Part shown: one piece after another, positions 9,327-16,418 of the stretch
Layout of the letters: every line of letters starts with the position of its first letter
Numbering within the stretch: position 1 is the first letter of the stretch
Virus record (IMG/VR): IMGVR_UViG_3300045988_081621
Direction: 5' to 3' (one strand)
Length of the DNA: 57,423 bases
From: a virus
Notes under the pieces: model-generated
What the model was told of the DNA's origin: nothing
The model's database searches: none
What the model saw: only the letters and a program-made list of their open reading frames with translations
Position numbers and translations under genes: made by a program

Positions 9327-9427
9327 TGAGATAGATAGGATTCGAACCTATGTCTCTCAGAGTATCGCTTTTAATGCTTACGATTATTCTGCATCTCCGA
9401 GGGTCTTAACCACTTGACTACTATCCC
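9327..9427 (-). tRNA. Atypical 101-nt tRNA-like gene; anticodon arm not assignable
   Basis: Canonical acceptor (GGGATAG/CTATCTC), D arm (GTCAAGTGGTTAAGAC) and T arm (ATAGG-TTCGAAT-CCTAT). The anticodon region is replaced by a 7-bp helix (CTCGGAG/CTCTGAG) enclosing about 32 nt. Confidence 0.45.
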
Positions 9428-9465
9428 ATAATAGTGTTTTATGTGTTATCGCTTCACAGTATCTT

Positions 9466-9621
9466 TTAATACTCTCTTGAAAGAATTACTTCCATCTCTC
9501 TCAAGCTATATACTTTTACCCACATACAATCATTAGTTTTCTTCCAGCCGGTTATATTTAATTTGTGTTCTGTCTCTCTCATCTGGTTCTCATTCATCAT
9601 TTCTAATCTTGTCTGTATCAT
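9466..9621 (-). CDS. Small hypothetical protein (51 aa), first ORF after promoter copy 3
   Basis: ATG at 9621 with AGGAGG upstream. Translates MIQTRLEMMNENQ...SREY. Too short for the ORF track. Confidence 0.45.
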   Translation of the reverse strand: MIQTRLEMMNENQMRETEHKLNITGWKKTNDCMWVKVYSLREMEVILSREY

Positions 9622-9661
9622 ATCTTTGTCCTCCTATTGATTTGTTTTTCTTTATCTTTAT

Positions 9662-9700
9662 ATATATTGTAATACATAAAAATGAATTTGTCAATAGATT
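9662..9700 (-). promoter_or_regulatory. Early-promoter cassette, copy 3
   Basis: Minus strand TTGACA (9689-9694), 17 nt, TACAAT (9666-9671), with A/T-rich upstream sequence. Confidence 0.7.
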
Positions 9701-9711
9701 TTTTAAAAAAA

Positions 9712-10713
9712 TTAAAAAATTATTTTACAATTTAAAAATTCTTCTTGCAAGTCATTTATATCTCGATTATCTGTATATACAAGTTCTTTTATAATTTTTC
9801 CGTGTACATTTTTTCTAAATCTTTCTGTTGCTTTTCTTCCTGCTTCATCTGGGTCAAATGCAAGAATATATTCCCGAACTGGTAACTTATTCAATATTTC
9901 ATATTGCTTTCGATTTCCGGTGCCTATCATAGCCATAGCAGGTTTATTATACTTCCAACAAGTCAAACAATTTAAGAATGACTCAGTGATATAAGCCGTT
10001 CTATACGCTCCAGCTCTAAATTTATCTGCGCAATAGATAGGCTTATCGATGCCTTTGGGAAGTCGGAAGAACTTTCGCTCGACACTTCTTCCAGCAACAA
10101 ATACACATCTTCCTTTAATGTCTCTAACTGGGAATGTAATTTCTTTTCGCTCTCTGTCATAACCTATATCAAACCTTTCTATAATTTCATCAGTCAATCC
10201 TCTTTCAGACATATAAGGATGAATATATCTATACTTGTCTAGTTCTTCTTCTGTAATTTCTCCAGAGTATTGTTCAGACGATTTATCGCCTTGTATATGT
10301 TGTTTAAATCTATGGATATCGTTATTATTCCAAATAGTAATATTATTCCTACCATTAAATCCCTCCATTATATTTGGTCTTGTTTCGATTTCTACTGTAT
10401 TGAATCTTTTTATTAACCATCTTTTTCCAAATTTACCTTCGTCTTGATAGCCATATAATTCGGATATCATTTCTTCTATTGTTCCCACCCAACCGCATGA
10501 GAAACAATGGCATTTATCAATCTCTCCATTCACACCAAAAGATGGTTTTCTTTCTTGTCCGTTCTTGTGGAAAGGACAATTCGTTTGAACATTTTCACCA
10601 TTGTTTCTAAAAATATGAAATCTATCTACCCCATGCTGAGCTAGGTCAAATTTAAGCATATCTAATATTGATTGAGTATCAGATTGGATAATTGTATCTT
10701 GTAGTTTTATCAA
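9712..10713 (-). CDS. dnaG: DNA primase (CHC2 zinc finger plus Toprim)
   Basis: Zinc finger CPFHKNGQERKPSFGV...CHCFSCG. Toprim E (YITESF) and DxD (AFDPDEAG). TTG start with GAGGAGG upstream. Confidence 0.85.
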   Translation of the reverse strand: MIKLQDTIIQSDTQSILDMLKFDLAQHGVDRFHIFRNNGENVQTNCPFHKNGQERKPSFGVNGEIDKCHCFSCGWVGTIEEMISELYGYQDEGKFGKRWLIKRFNTVEIETRPNIMEGFNGRNNITIWNNNDIHRFKQHIQGDKSSEQYSGEITEEELDKYRYIHPYMSERGLTDEIIERFDIGYDRERKEITFPVRDIKGRCVFVAGRSVERKFFRLPKGIDKPIYCADKFRAGAYRTAYITESFLNCLTCWKYNKPAMAMIGTGNRKQYEILNKLPVREYILAFDPDEAGRKATERFRKNVHGKIIKELVYTDNRDINDLQEEFLNCKIIF

Positions 10714-10716
10714 GAT

Positions 10717-11007
10717 TTATGCCTCCTCAAACCCTCCAAATAATTCTTCATACTTTTGTAAGTCATATTCCAGCAATAACTTTTTAACATCTTTCTCAAG
10801 TAATTTAACCCCTTTTGAATAACAACCTGCATAGTATGTTAATAGCCAATTTCCTTTTTTGCTTTTCCACAATTTGACATCATTTCCATAACTTCTCAGT
10901 TGTGTATTTGTTAATGTCAATGTCCATGTGTAAGTATATTCACATTTTTCTGAAATCAATTCCATCTTATCTGTATCATATTTTAAGTTATCAATTACAA
11001 ATATCAT
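10717..11007 (-). CDS. Hypothetical protein
   Basis: 96-aa ORF packed between adjacent cistrons. Confidence 0.55.
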   Translation of the reverse strand: MIFVIDNLKYDTDKMELISEKCEYTYTWTLTLTNTQLRSYGNDVKLWKSKKGNWLLTYYAGCYSKGVKLLEKDVKKLLLEYDLQKYEELFGGFEEA

Positions 11008-11256
11008 TTAATATTCCTCCTTTAACTGTTTTTTAATTGTGTAAATCGCGTCATTGTACCAAGGATATAATCTACCTTTATGTTTATTATCTCTAGTGTC
11101 TTTAATTCTGAATGGGTCTGTACCTAATCCATCTGCACAACCTTCTGATAAATAAACAATACCTTCGCCTGATAATGAACAATGTTTACATCTAAAATGA
11201 ACAATATCTCCTACACTTATTGCAATTCCATTTTTATCATATTTGCCTGTTTTCAT
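11008..11256 (-). CDS. Hypothetical protein
   Basis: 82-aa ORF abutting the dnaB stop. Confidence 0.55.
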   Translation of the reverse strand: MKTGKYDKNGIAISVGDIVHFRCKHCSLSGEGIVYLSEGCADGLGTDPFRIKDTRDNKHKGRLYPWYNDAIYTIKKQLKEEY

Positions 11257-12528
11257 TTAATATTCCTCCTCTTCTTTATCGTGATATCTACGCCTTAAAT
11301 CTTCACTTTTTTCTTCATCTTCTTTTCCTTTTTCGGGATTAGGGATATAGTCAAAAGTACCTCTATCTGTATCCCAAGCATACACCCATTTAATTCCAAC
11401 TTTTGAATTTCTTGCTTTTACATTCTGTATTTGCAAGCCTTCTTCTTTTTGCTGAATTGAAAGAACAATTGAAGCATTATAAGCTATTCCATCGGAATCC
11501 CTTATATTTTCAAGTTGTAAATCTTCATTTATTGTTCCTTCCCTGTTTGACTGCACAACAACTAAAACTGGTATTTTTAAATCAATACTTAGTTGCATTA
11601 AATCTTCGGATATATTCGTCAACTGTGTGGTCTTATTATCTCCTCTTTTTCCTCGTTCATCCTGTAAATAAGAGATACCATCAATTGCAAGTATATCTAA
11701 CTTATTTGATTCACACCAACTTTTTAACTTTGATACAGTTACTTTCTTTTGAAAATCTCTAGGGTGTGCAACATAGAATGGTGTTTCATTATCAACCAAC
11801 TTATTTATATATTTCTCATAACCTTGTACATCTTCCCCACGATATAATGCTTGTGAAGATATATGCTGATGTACTGTATCAAATCTATATCCTGTTTTAT
11901 TTGCCGACATCTCAGGTTCTAAAAGTCCTACTTTTGCATGATATACTTTCCATGCATGTTCTAGCATTTTAATAAGAACCCAAGATTTTCCTTGTCCGGT
12001 TCTTGCAAATAAAACTACAAGTTCCTCACCTTTATGCCATCCACCCAAGTCATTGTCTATCTCTTCAAAACCACTTGCTATAAAGTGAGTATCTTGATTA
12101 TCTTTGGTTTCTTTCCATTCTTCAAGTCTTTCTTTTGCCTGTGATATAATATCAGTACCTTTTACTGCTCCTGCAATCTTTAATTCAGGTATTTTTGCTT
12201 TCAAATAATCTACAGCTTCATAAGCATCTGTCTGTAATAGTTCAGCCATCTTTGTAAGCACTGGAACTGACTGAGAATACAAGTACTCTTCACGGAATGT
12301 ATTAACAAGATATTCAGTGCTTTCTGATACATTGACCACATCAAAATCCTGAAACTTTGCTATAAATGTTTCTAAATCTGGAACATTTCCATATTCCTGT
12401 TTGTGCTCCATTATATAATCATATTCTTCTTGATACTGATTGAAATAATCTCTTGTTATATCATTCAAATCTAAAAGAGATGTATCTTTGTCTTTCAGCA
12501 CTTTATTTATTATTTGCAATTCTACCAT
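11257..12528 (-). CDS. dnaB: Replicative DNA helicase (DnaB family)
   Basis: 423 aa. Walker A FARTGQGKSW and a RecA-like C-terminal domain with an N-terminal helical domain. Confidence 0.85.
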   Translation of the reverse strand: MVELQIINKVLKDKDTSLLDLNDITRDYFNQYQEEYDYIMEHKQEYGNVPDLETFIAKFQDFDVVNVSESTEYLVNTFREEYLYSQSVPVLTKMAELLQTDAYEAVDYLKAKIPELKIAGAVKGTDIISQAKERLEEWKETKDNQDTHFIASGFEEIDNDLGGWHKGEELVVLFARTGQGKSWVLIKMLEHAWKVYHAKVGLLEPEMSANKTGYRFDTVHQHISSQALYRGEDVQGYEKYINKLVDNETPFYVAHPRDFQKKVTVSKLKSWCESNKLDILAIDGISYLQDERGKRGDNKTTQLTNISEDLMQLSIDLKIPVLVVVQSNREGTINEDLQLENIRDSDGIAYNASIVLSIQQKEEGLQIQNVKARNSKVGIKWVYAWDTDRGTFDYIPNPEKGKEDEEKSEDLRRRYHDKEEEEY

Positions 12529-13193
12529 TAATGTACACCTCTTTTATCTTCCTCAATAAATTTGATAGGGATGGAGCAATTATATACCCTGCTTGCTAAT
12601 CTATCACCTAACACGTTTTCGAGCTGTTCTTTATCTTTATTGCTTGTGTATATGTTGCTTTTTCCTGCATTAATTCTATCATCAATATATTGAAATAGAA
12701 TCTGATGCTCATAACCTGATACTGCAAGTTCTCCTATATCATCCCATATAACCAAATCAACTTCACTAATAAGATTGCATAAGTCCTCAAAACCTTTTAC
12801 ATCTTGTGATATTGACCTTTTACAATTATATAAGAACTTAGGTACACTTATGAATAATGCTTTGCAATCTAAACAAGATTTATGCCATATGTTATCAAAA
12901 TAGGAGTACATCAATCTAATCGCCCAGCTTGTTTTTCCATTGCCACAGTTACAAGAATAAATATATAGATTATTTCCACTGTTGATAAAATCTAGGATAT
13001 TATCACTGATGTCTTTAAGCTTCATAAATGACTGGACATCCCCATTATCACAAGCGGTCAAATCTTTGTATTTCCATAAAGATTCAGGCAATTGAGACTG
13101 TCTAAATAGTGCATACATTAATTTATACCTTATGCAGTTTTCAGTGCATTTATTAGTGCATCTCCGTTGATACCAACAATCTTGTATGTTCAT
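12528..13193 (-). CDS. AAA+ helicase-loader-like ATPase (DnaC/IstB-like)
   Basis: Walker A CGNGKTSWAI and Walker B LVIWDDIGE. Cys-rich N-terminus. Immediately upstream of dnaB. Confidence 0.65.
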   Translation of the reverse strand: MNIQDCWYQRRCTNKCTENCIRYKLMYALFRQSQLPESLWKYKDLTACDNGDVQSFMKLKDISDNILDFINSGNNLYIYSCNCGNGKTSWAIRLMYSYFDNIWHKSCLDCKALFISVPKFLYNCKRSISQDVKGFEDLCNLISEVDLVIWDDIGELAVSGYEHQILFQYIDDRINAGKSNIYTSNKDKEQLENVLGDRLASRVYNCSIPIKFIEEDKRGVH

Positions 13194-13525
13194 CTCAACC
13201 CCTCTTTTATCTCTAATCTTTTTTGTGCTTCAATGAGTGCATCCAATGTATCCATGCTCTGTTCTATATGAGACCTCATTTTAGCTATTGTATCGTTTAA
13301 CTCAAAACTGGTTTGAGCTATCCAGTATCCATCATTAGGTGTGCCGCATATTGCATATCCATCATCTCTAAGTCGCTGAATAATATGTCTTACATCTCTT
13401 GTACTGAACCCAGTGTTATTAGATATATCTTTCTGATGTATACCAATAGGTTCATGTGGCAAGCTGTGAAGTACACAATCTTTCATATAAGCTATATTTT
13501 TATCTGATTTTGATATTATATACAT
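13190..13525 (-). CDS. Winged-helix DNA-binding protein
   Basis: 111 aa. The segment QKDISNNTGFSTRDVRHIIQRLRDDGY looks like a wHTH. Confidence 0.4.
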   Translation of the reverse strand: MYIISKSDKNIAYMKDCVLHSLPHEPIGIHQKDISNNTGFSTRDVRHIIQRLRDDGYAICGTPNDGYWIAQTSFELNDTIAKMRSHIEQSMDTLDALIEAQKRLEIKEGLR

Positions 13526-13540
13526 ATAATCTCCTTCCTC

Positions 13541-14353
13541 CTAAAAATGCTTTATGCTCGGGTCATTATTTTTTATCAAGTTACGATAATTTTCTCTGCC
13601 CTCATCTGTTGTGGTGCCATTTAATATTAACTCCTGAGGTAATCGGTTTAATGGGTTTGACTTCACCTTCAACCAATCTGGGTCTATATTCATATATCCG
13701 TTATCAAGAGATAGCTGAATAGCATTTATCTGAGTTTTTGTACTTACTTTTGCTAATCTTGTTAAAATAGCATTTACTTTATCATCTGTAACCATTTTAT
13801 GGTTTTCTAAAAGATTTCTAAAAAATCTACTTAAAAGCTCTATCACTTCATCTTCTAAATCATATTCTAAACATTTCTTTTCTATAGATTCGATTTTAAT
13901 ATCAATCTTAGTTTTCTTTTTAGAATTTTTCTTTATATTATCTTTAATACTTAATTTATTAGTATTTAATTTATTAGTATTTAATTGTACGTGCTTTTCT
14001 ACACGTTGAATTTCTATGGGTAGATTTTCTACACCTTGTTTTTTACCTTCTTGTTTTGGTTTCTCATATATATTGTAAACATATTCAATTCTACCTGATT
14101 CTGTCTTATCAGGCATTATTTTATCAATTTTAACATAACCGAATTGTTGTAACTCTTTCAAAGCTGATTTAATAGCAGTTTCATTTTCTTTGCAAATAGC
14201 AACTAATCCAGCTATTGAGTAATCCCAGTTATCAGGAAGTGAAAGCATTAAAGATAATAGCCCTTTAGCTTTTAATGACATATCCTTTTCTTTAAAATGA
14301 TAATTGCTCATAACTGTATAGTTCTTAGTTTTCTCTACTCTTATAACTGACAT
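13541..14353 (-). CDS. Replication initiator / replisome organiser (N-terminal HTH)
   Basis: N-terminus YTVMSNYHFKEKDMSLKAKGLLSLMLSLPDNWDYSI is typical of phage and plasmid replication-initiator HTH domains. Followed by loader and helicase genes. Confidence 0.6.
   Translation of the reverse strand: MSVIRVEKTKNYTVMSNYHFKEKDMSLKAKGLLSLMLSLPDNWDYSIAGLVAICKENETAIKSALKELQQFGYVKIDKIMPDKTESGRIEYVYNIYEKPKQEGKKQGVENLPIEIQRVEKHVQLNTNKLNTNKLSIKDNIKKNSKKKTKIDIKIESIEKKCLEYDLEDEVIELLSRFFRNLLENHKMVTDDKVNAILTRLAKVSTKTQINAIQLSLDNGYMNIDPDWLKVKSNPLNRLPQELILNGTTTDEGRENYRNLIKNNDPSIKHF
13951..13986. repeat. 15-bp tandem repeat (2.4 copies) inside the initiator gene
   Basis: ttaatttattagtat at 13951-13965 and 13966-13980, then ttaatt. 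Encodes NTNKLNTNKL. Flanked by very A/T-rich sequence. Confidence 0.8.
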
Positions 14354-14369
14354 ATACGATTCTCCTTTT

Positions 14370-14421
14370 TAAAATAAAAATAAGTTATACAAATTGAATG
14401 GCGGTTCAATGTGTATAACTT
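14370..14421 (-). terminator. Intrinsic terminator or attenuator hairpin in the leader of the initiator gene
   Basis: Arms aagttataca (14382-14391) and tgtataactt (14412-14421) with inner pairing ttgaa/ttcaa. On the minus strand it is followed by ATTTTTATTTT, then the RBS AAAAAGGAG. Confidence 0.55.
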
Positions 14422-14506
14422 ATCTAATTACTGATATTAAGTTGTTACAGATATTAAGTCCGCCAACCTAATATCAGCTGTTGCGTGTCTCTCACGCTGT
14501 ACATTT

Positions 14507-14535
14507 ATTATAACATACGAATAAATAAATTACAA
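14507..14535 (-). promoter_or_regulatory. Sigma70-type promoter (not of the repeated family) upstream of the initiator leader
   Basis: Minus strand TTGTAA (14530-14535), 17 nt, TGT-TATAAT (extended -10; TATAAT at 14507-14512). Confidence 0.5.
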
Positions 14536-14538
14536 TAC

Positions 14539-15114
14539 TTAATTGATAGAATTTAATTCCTCAATCTGCTTATCTACTTCACAATTAAGTTTAGCCCATA
14601 ACTGTTCTCTTACATCCTCAATTTTCTGTTTTGTCTGTGATACATCCCACTCTTCCTCAGCTATAAATTTAAAATAGTTATCTCCTTTCTTAACTGTAGC
14701 ACCGGATGTATATCTCATAGATACCACTTTGATGTCATTAGTTGTCTCAACTGCTTTCTTCTCTTCTTTAACTTTAACAGCTTTATCCTCTTTTTTGTTG
14801 ATTGTTTCTTTGTTTTTTGAGACAGATTTTACATTTTTGTTATTAGCTGTATTGTTGTTACTCTTTTCAGTTTTACTTGTTTCTTCGACTGATTTTTCTA
14901 CGTTGTTTGTTGTCTCTTCAACAGATGCATCTTCTGTCTCCTCAACAGGGGGATTCATAACCTCTTCATTAGTATCTGTCTCCTCTTTCCCTGCTTCGTA
15001 GCCTGCACACTCAGTACATGGAATAGAATTGCCATCTACCTCCATTGTACATCCATCACAATTCTTACAATACTCGTCTGTTGGGTCTCCAGCATATTTA
15101 CAAATTTTACTCAT
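14539..15114 (-). CDS. Hypothetical protein with Cys-rich N-terminus and acidic/Lys-rich low-complexity centre
   Basis: 191 aa. Contains CKNCDGC...CTEC. Confidence 0.55.
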   Translation of the reverse strand: MSKICKYAGDPTDEYCKNCDGCTMEVDGNSIPCTECAGYEAGKEETDTNEEVMNPPVEETEDASVEETTNNVEKSVEETSKTEKSNNNTANNKNVKSVSKNKETINKKEDKAVKVKEEKKAVETTNDIKVVSMRYTSGATVKKGDNYFKFIAEEEWDVSQTKQKIEDVREQLWAKLNCEVDKQIEELNSIN

Positions 15115-15116
15115 TC

Positions 15117-15404
15117 TTAATTACCTCCGTGAAATCTCTTTTTGGCTTTTTCTGCCATTTCTTCTCTTTGTTCGTCTGTAAGTTCTTTTTCAATTATAGA
15201 AAGCTTTAATGCTTTAAGTGGTAGTTTAGCTAAAATACTGCCATCATTGTTATAAGTTATAATTTTAGCTTTATCAGGATGTTTCTTGCATAATGACTCA
15301 ATTTTAGTTATGAATTTCTTTTGACTAATTGAGAGTGTAATTGTATCCTCACCTGTTATCCATTCTATGCAATTTTCTCTATAACCATCCATATATATCA
15401 TCAC
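15117..15404 (-). CDS. Hypothetical protein
   Basis: 95-aa track ORF. The true start may be the third ATG (MDGYREN...) at about 15392, judged by RBS spacing. Confidence 0.5.
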   Translation of the reverse strand: MMIYMDGYRENCIEWITGEDTITLSISQKKFITKIESLCKKHPDKAKIITYNNDGSILAKLPLKALKLSIIEKELTDEQREEMAEKAKKRFHGGN

Positions 15405-15799
15405 TCCTTTCGTCTTGTGACTCTTAATGTATAAGATGACTTTGTTATCTTAGCTTTCGCTAGTTTGTTAATATCAAAATCACCATTATATACAAGTTTT
15501 TCCAAAGCATCTTCGTCAATATATTCTTTTTGCTTAATAACAGACGATAACAATGCACCACTGAGATTTTCTTTTATGATTTCAATTGCTAAATCCTCAT
15601 TTAGTGATTCTGTATCGGTTTTTGTCAATGTAGCAGTATATTTCTCTGAATCTGCTGAACTCATATCATGTCCATACATATAGCCCTTAATATTCTTACT
15701 AAGAGCATTATTTACTTTTTTTAGTGCATTTTCTTTATCTTTTGACTCTTTATATTCATCAATGATTTTTGACAAGTCAAATCCATCTCTTCTACTCAT
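15401..15799 (-). CDS. Hypothetical protein
   Basis: 132-aa ORF with overlapping stop and start codons on both sides. Confidence 0.55.
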   Translation of the reverse strand: MSRRDGFDLSKIIDEYKESKDKENALKKVNNALSKNIKGYMYGHDMSSADSEKYTATLTKTDTESLNEDLAIEIIKENLSGALLSSVIKQKEYIDEDALEKLVYNGDFDINKLAKAKITKSSYTLRVTRRKE

Positions 15800-16121
15800 T
15801 TAATGTCTCCTTCTTTTTCTTGTATTGCTTACCTAGCTGTAAAATTTGAGTACCACGTTTTCCCCATTGATACATAGCGTTAAATTCTGCCATACATCCA
15901 CGATATTCAGTTTTTAATAACTGAGAAAATCGTTTTAACTCTTGTACTTGAGCTAATGTAAATAGCATTGTACCTCTGTTATCAATTTCGGGTTTGGGCA
16001 AAACTAAACCTACTGGCTTCTCATAGTATTTTGAATTATACCATTTATACCATCTAATAATGGTCTTTGTAGATACATCAAGTATCTGTGCGGCTCTTGC
16101 TGTTGAAAATTTTTCTGACAT
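15792..16121 (-). CDS. HTH DNA-binding protein (MerR/excisionase-like HTH)
   Basis: Start moved to MSEKFSTARAAQILDVSTKTIIRWYKW with AAGGAGG upstream. The HTH sits at the N-terminus. Confidence 0.5.
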   Translation of the reverse strand: MSEKFSTARAAQILDVSTKTIIRWYKWYNSKYYEKPVGLVLPKPEIDNRGTMLFTLAQVQELKRFSQLLKTEYRGCMAEFNAMYQWGKRGTQILQLGKQYKKKKETLNE

Positions 16122-16125
16122 ATTA

Positions 16126-16326
16126 TCACCTCCTTTTTCCTGCACATATCGTAAGTATAGGCACATCAACTAACTGTGTTCCATTAATACTATCATCATT
16201 ATAATTATACCTCACTAATTGTAGAGCGGCATATGATGTATCAAATATTGTTTTGCAAGCATTTTCACTTACTTTCACATATGCTAATATTTTATGTGAA
16301 TTTTTAAATACTTTGTAAATTTTCAT
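16126..16326 (-). CDS. Small hypothetical protein, first ORF after promoter copy 4
   Basis: Start trimmed to the ATG at 16326 (GGAGG upstream). The track ORF extension to 16398 runs through the promoter. Confidence 0.5.
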   Translation of the reverse strand: MKIYKVFKNSHKILAYVKVSENACKTIFDTSYAALQLVRYNYNDDSINGTQLVDVPILTICAGKRR

Positions 16327-16365
16327 TTTTAATCCTCCAAAAATGATATATATATGTTGCTTTGT

Positions 16366-16412
16366 TAATATTGTAATACATAAAACTATTATTGTCAATA
16401 GTTTTATGTATT
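16366..16412 (-). promoter_or_regulatory. Early-promoter cassette, copy 4 (palindromic subtype)
   Basis: TTGACA (16393-16398), 17 nt, TACAAT (16370-16375). The -35 is bracketed by the inverted repeat tacataaaac / gttttatgta. Confidence 0.7.
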
Positions 16413-16418
16413 TTTTAT

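Noticed and set aside
9327-9427. Stop-codon reassignment or a suppressor tRNA, prompted by the odd tRNA-like gene and a TTA/TAA-containing loop
   Set aside because: - All large genes are uninterrupted in the standard code, for example the 1015-aa tape measure and the 753-aa polymerase.
- The only interrupted gene, the tail fibre, is explained by frame shifts rather than in-frame stops.
- No canonical anticodon loop can be drawn.
16327-16398. N-terminal extensions of track ORFs, for example 16126-16398, 16419-18224, 19221-19685, 55203-55730 and 45367-46194
   Set aside because: - The extensions run through promoter cassettes or preceding genes and lack an RBS.
- Internal ATGs with good SD spacing were used instead.
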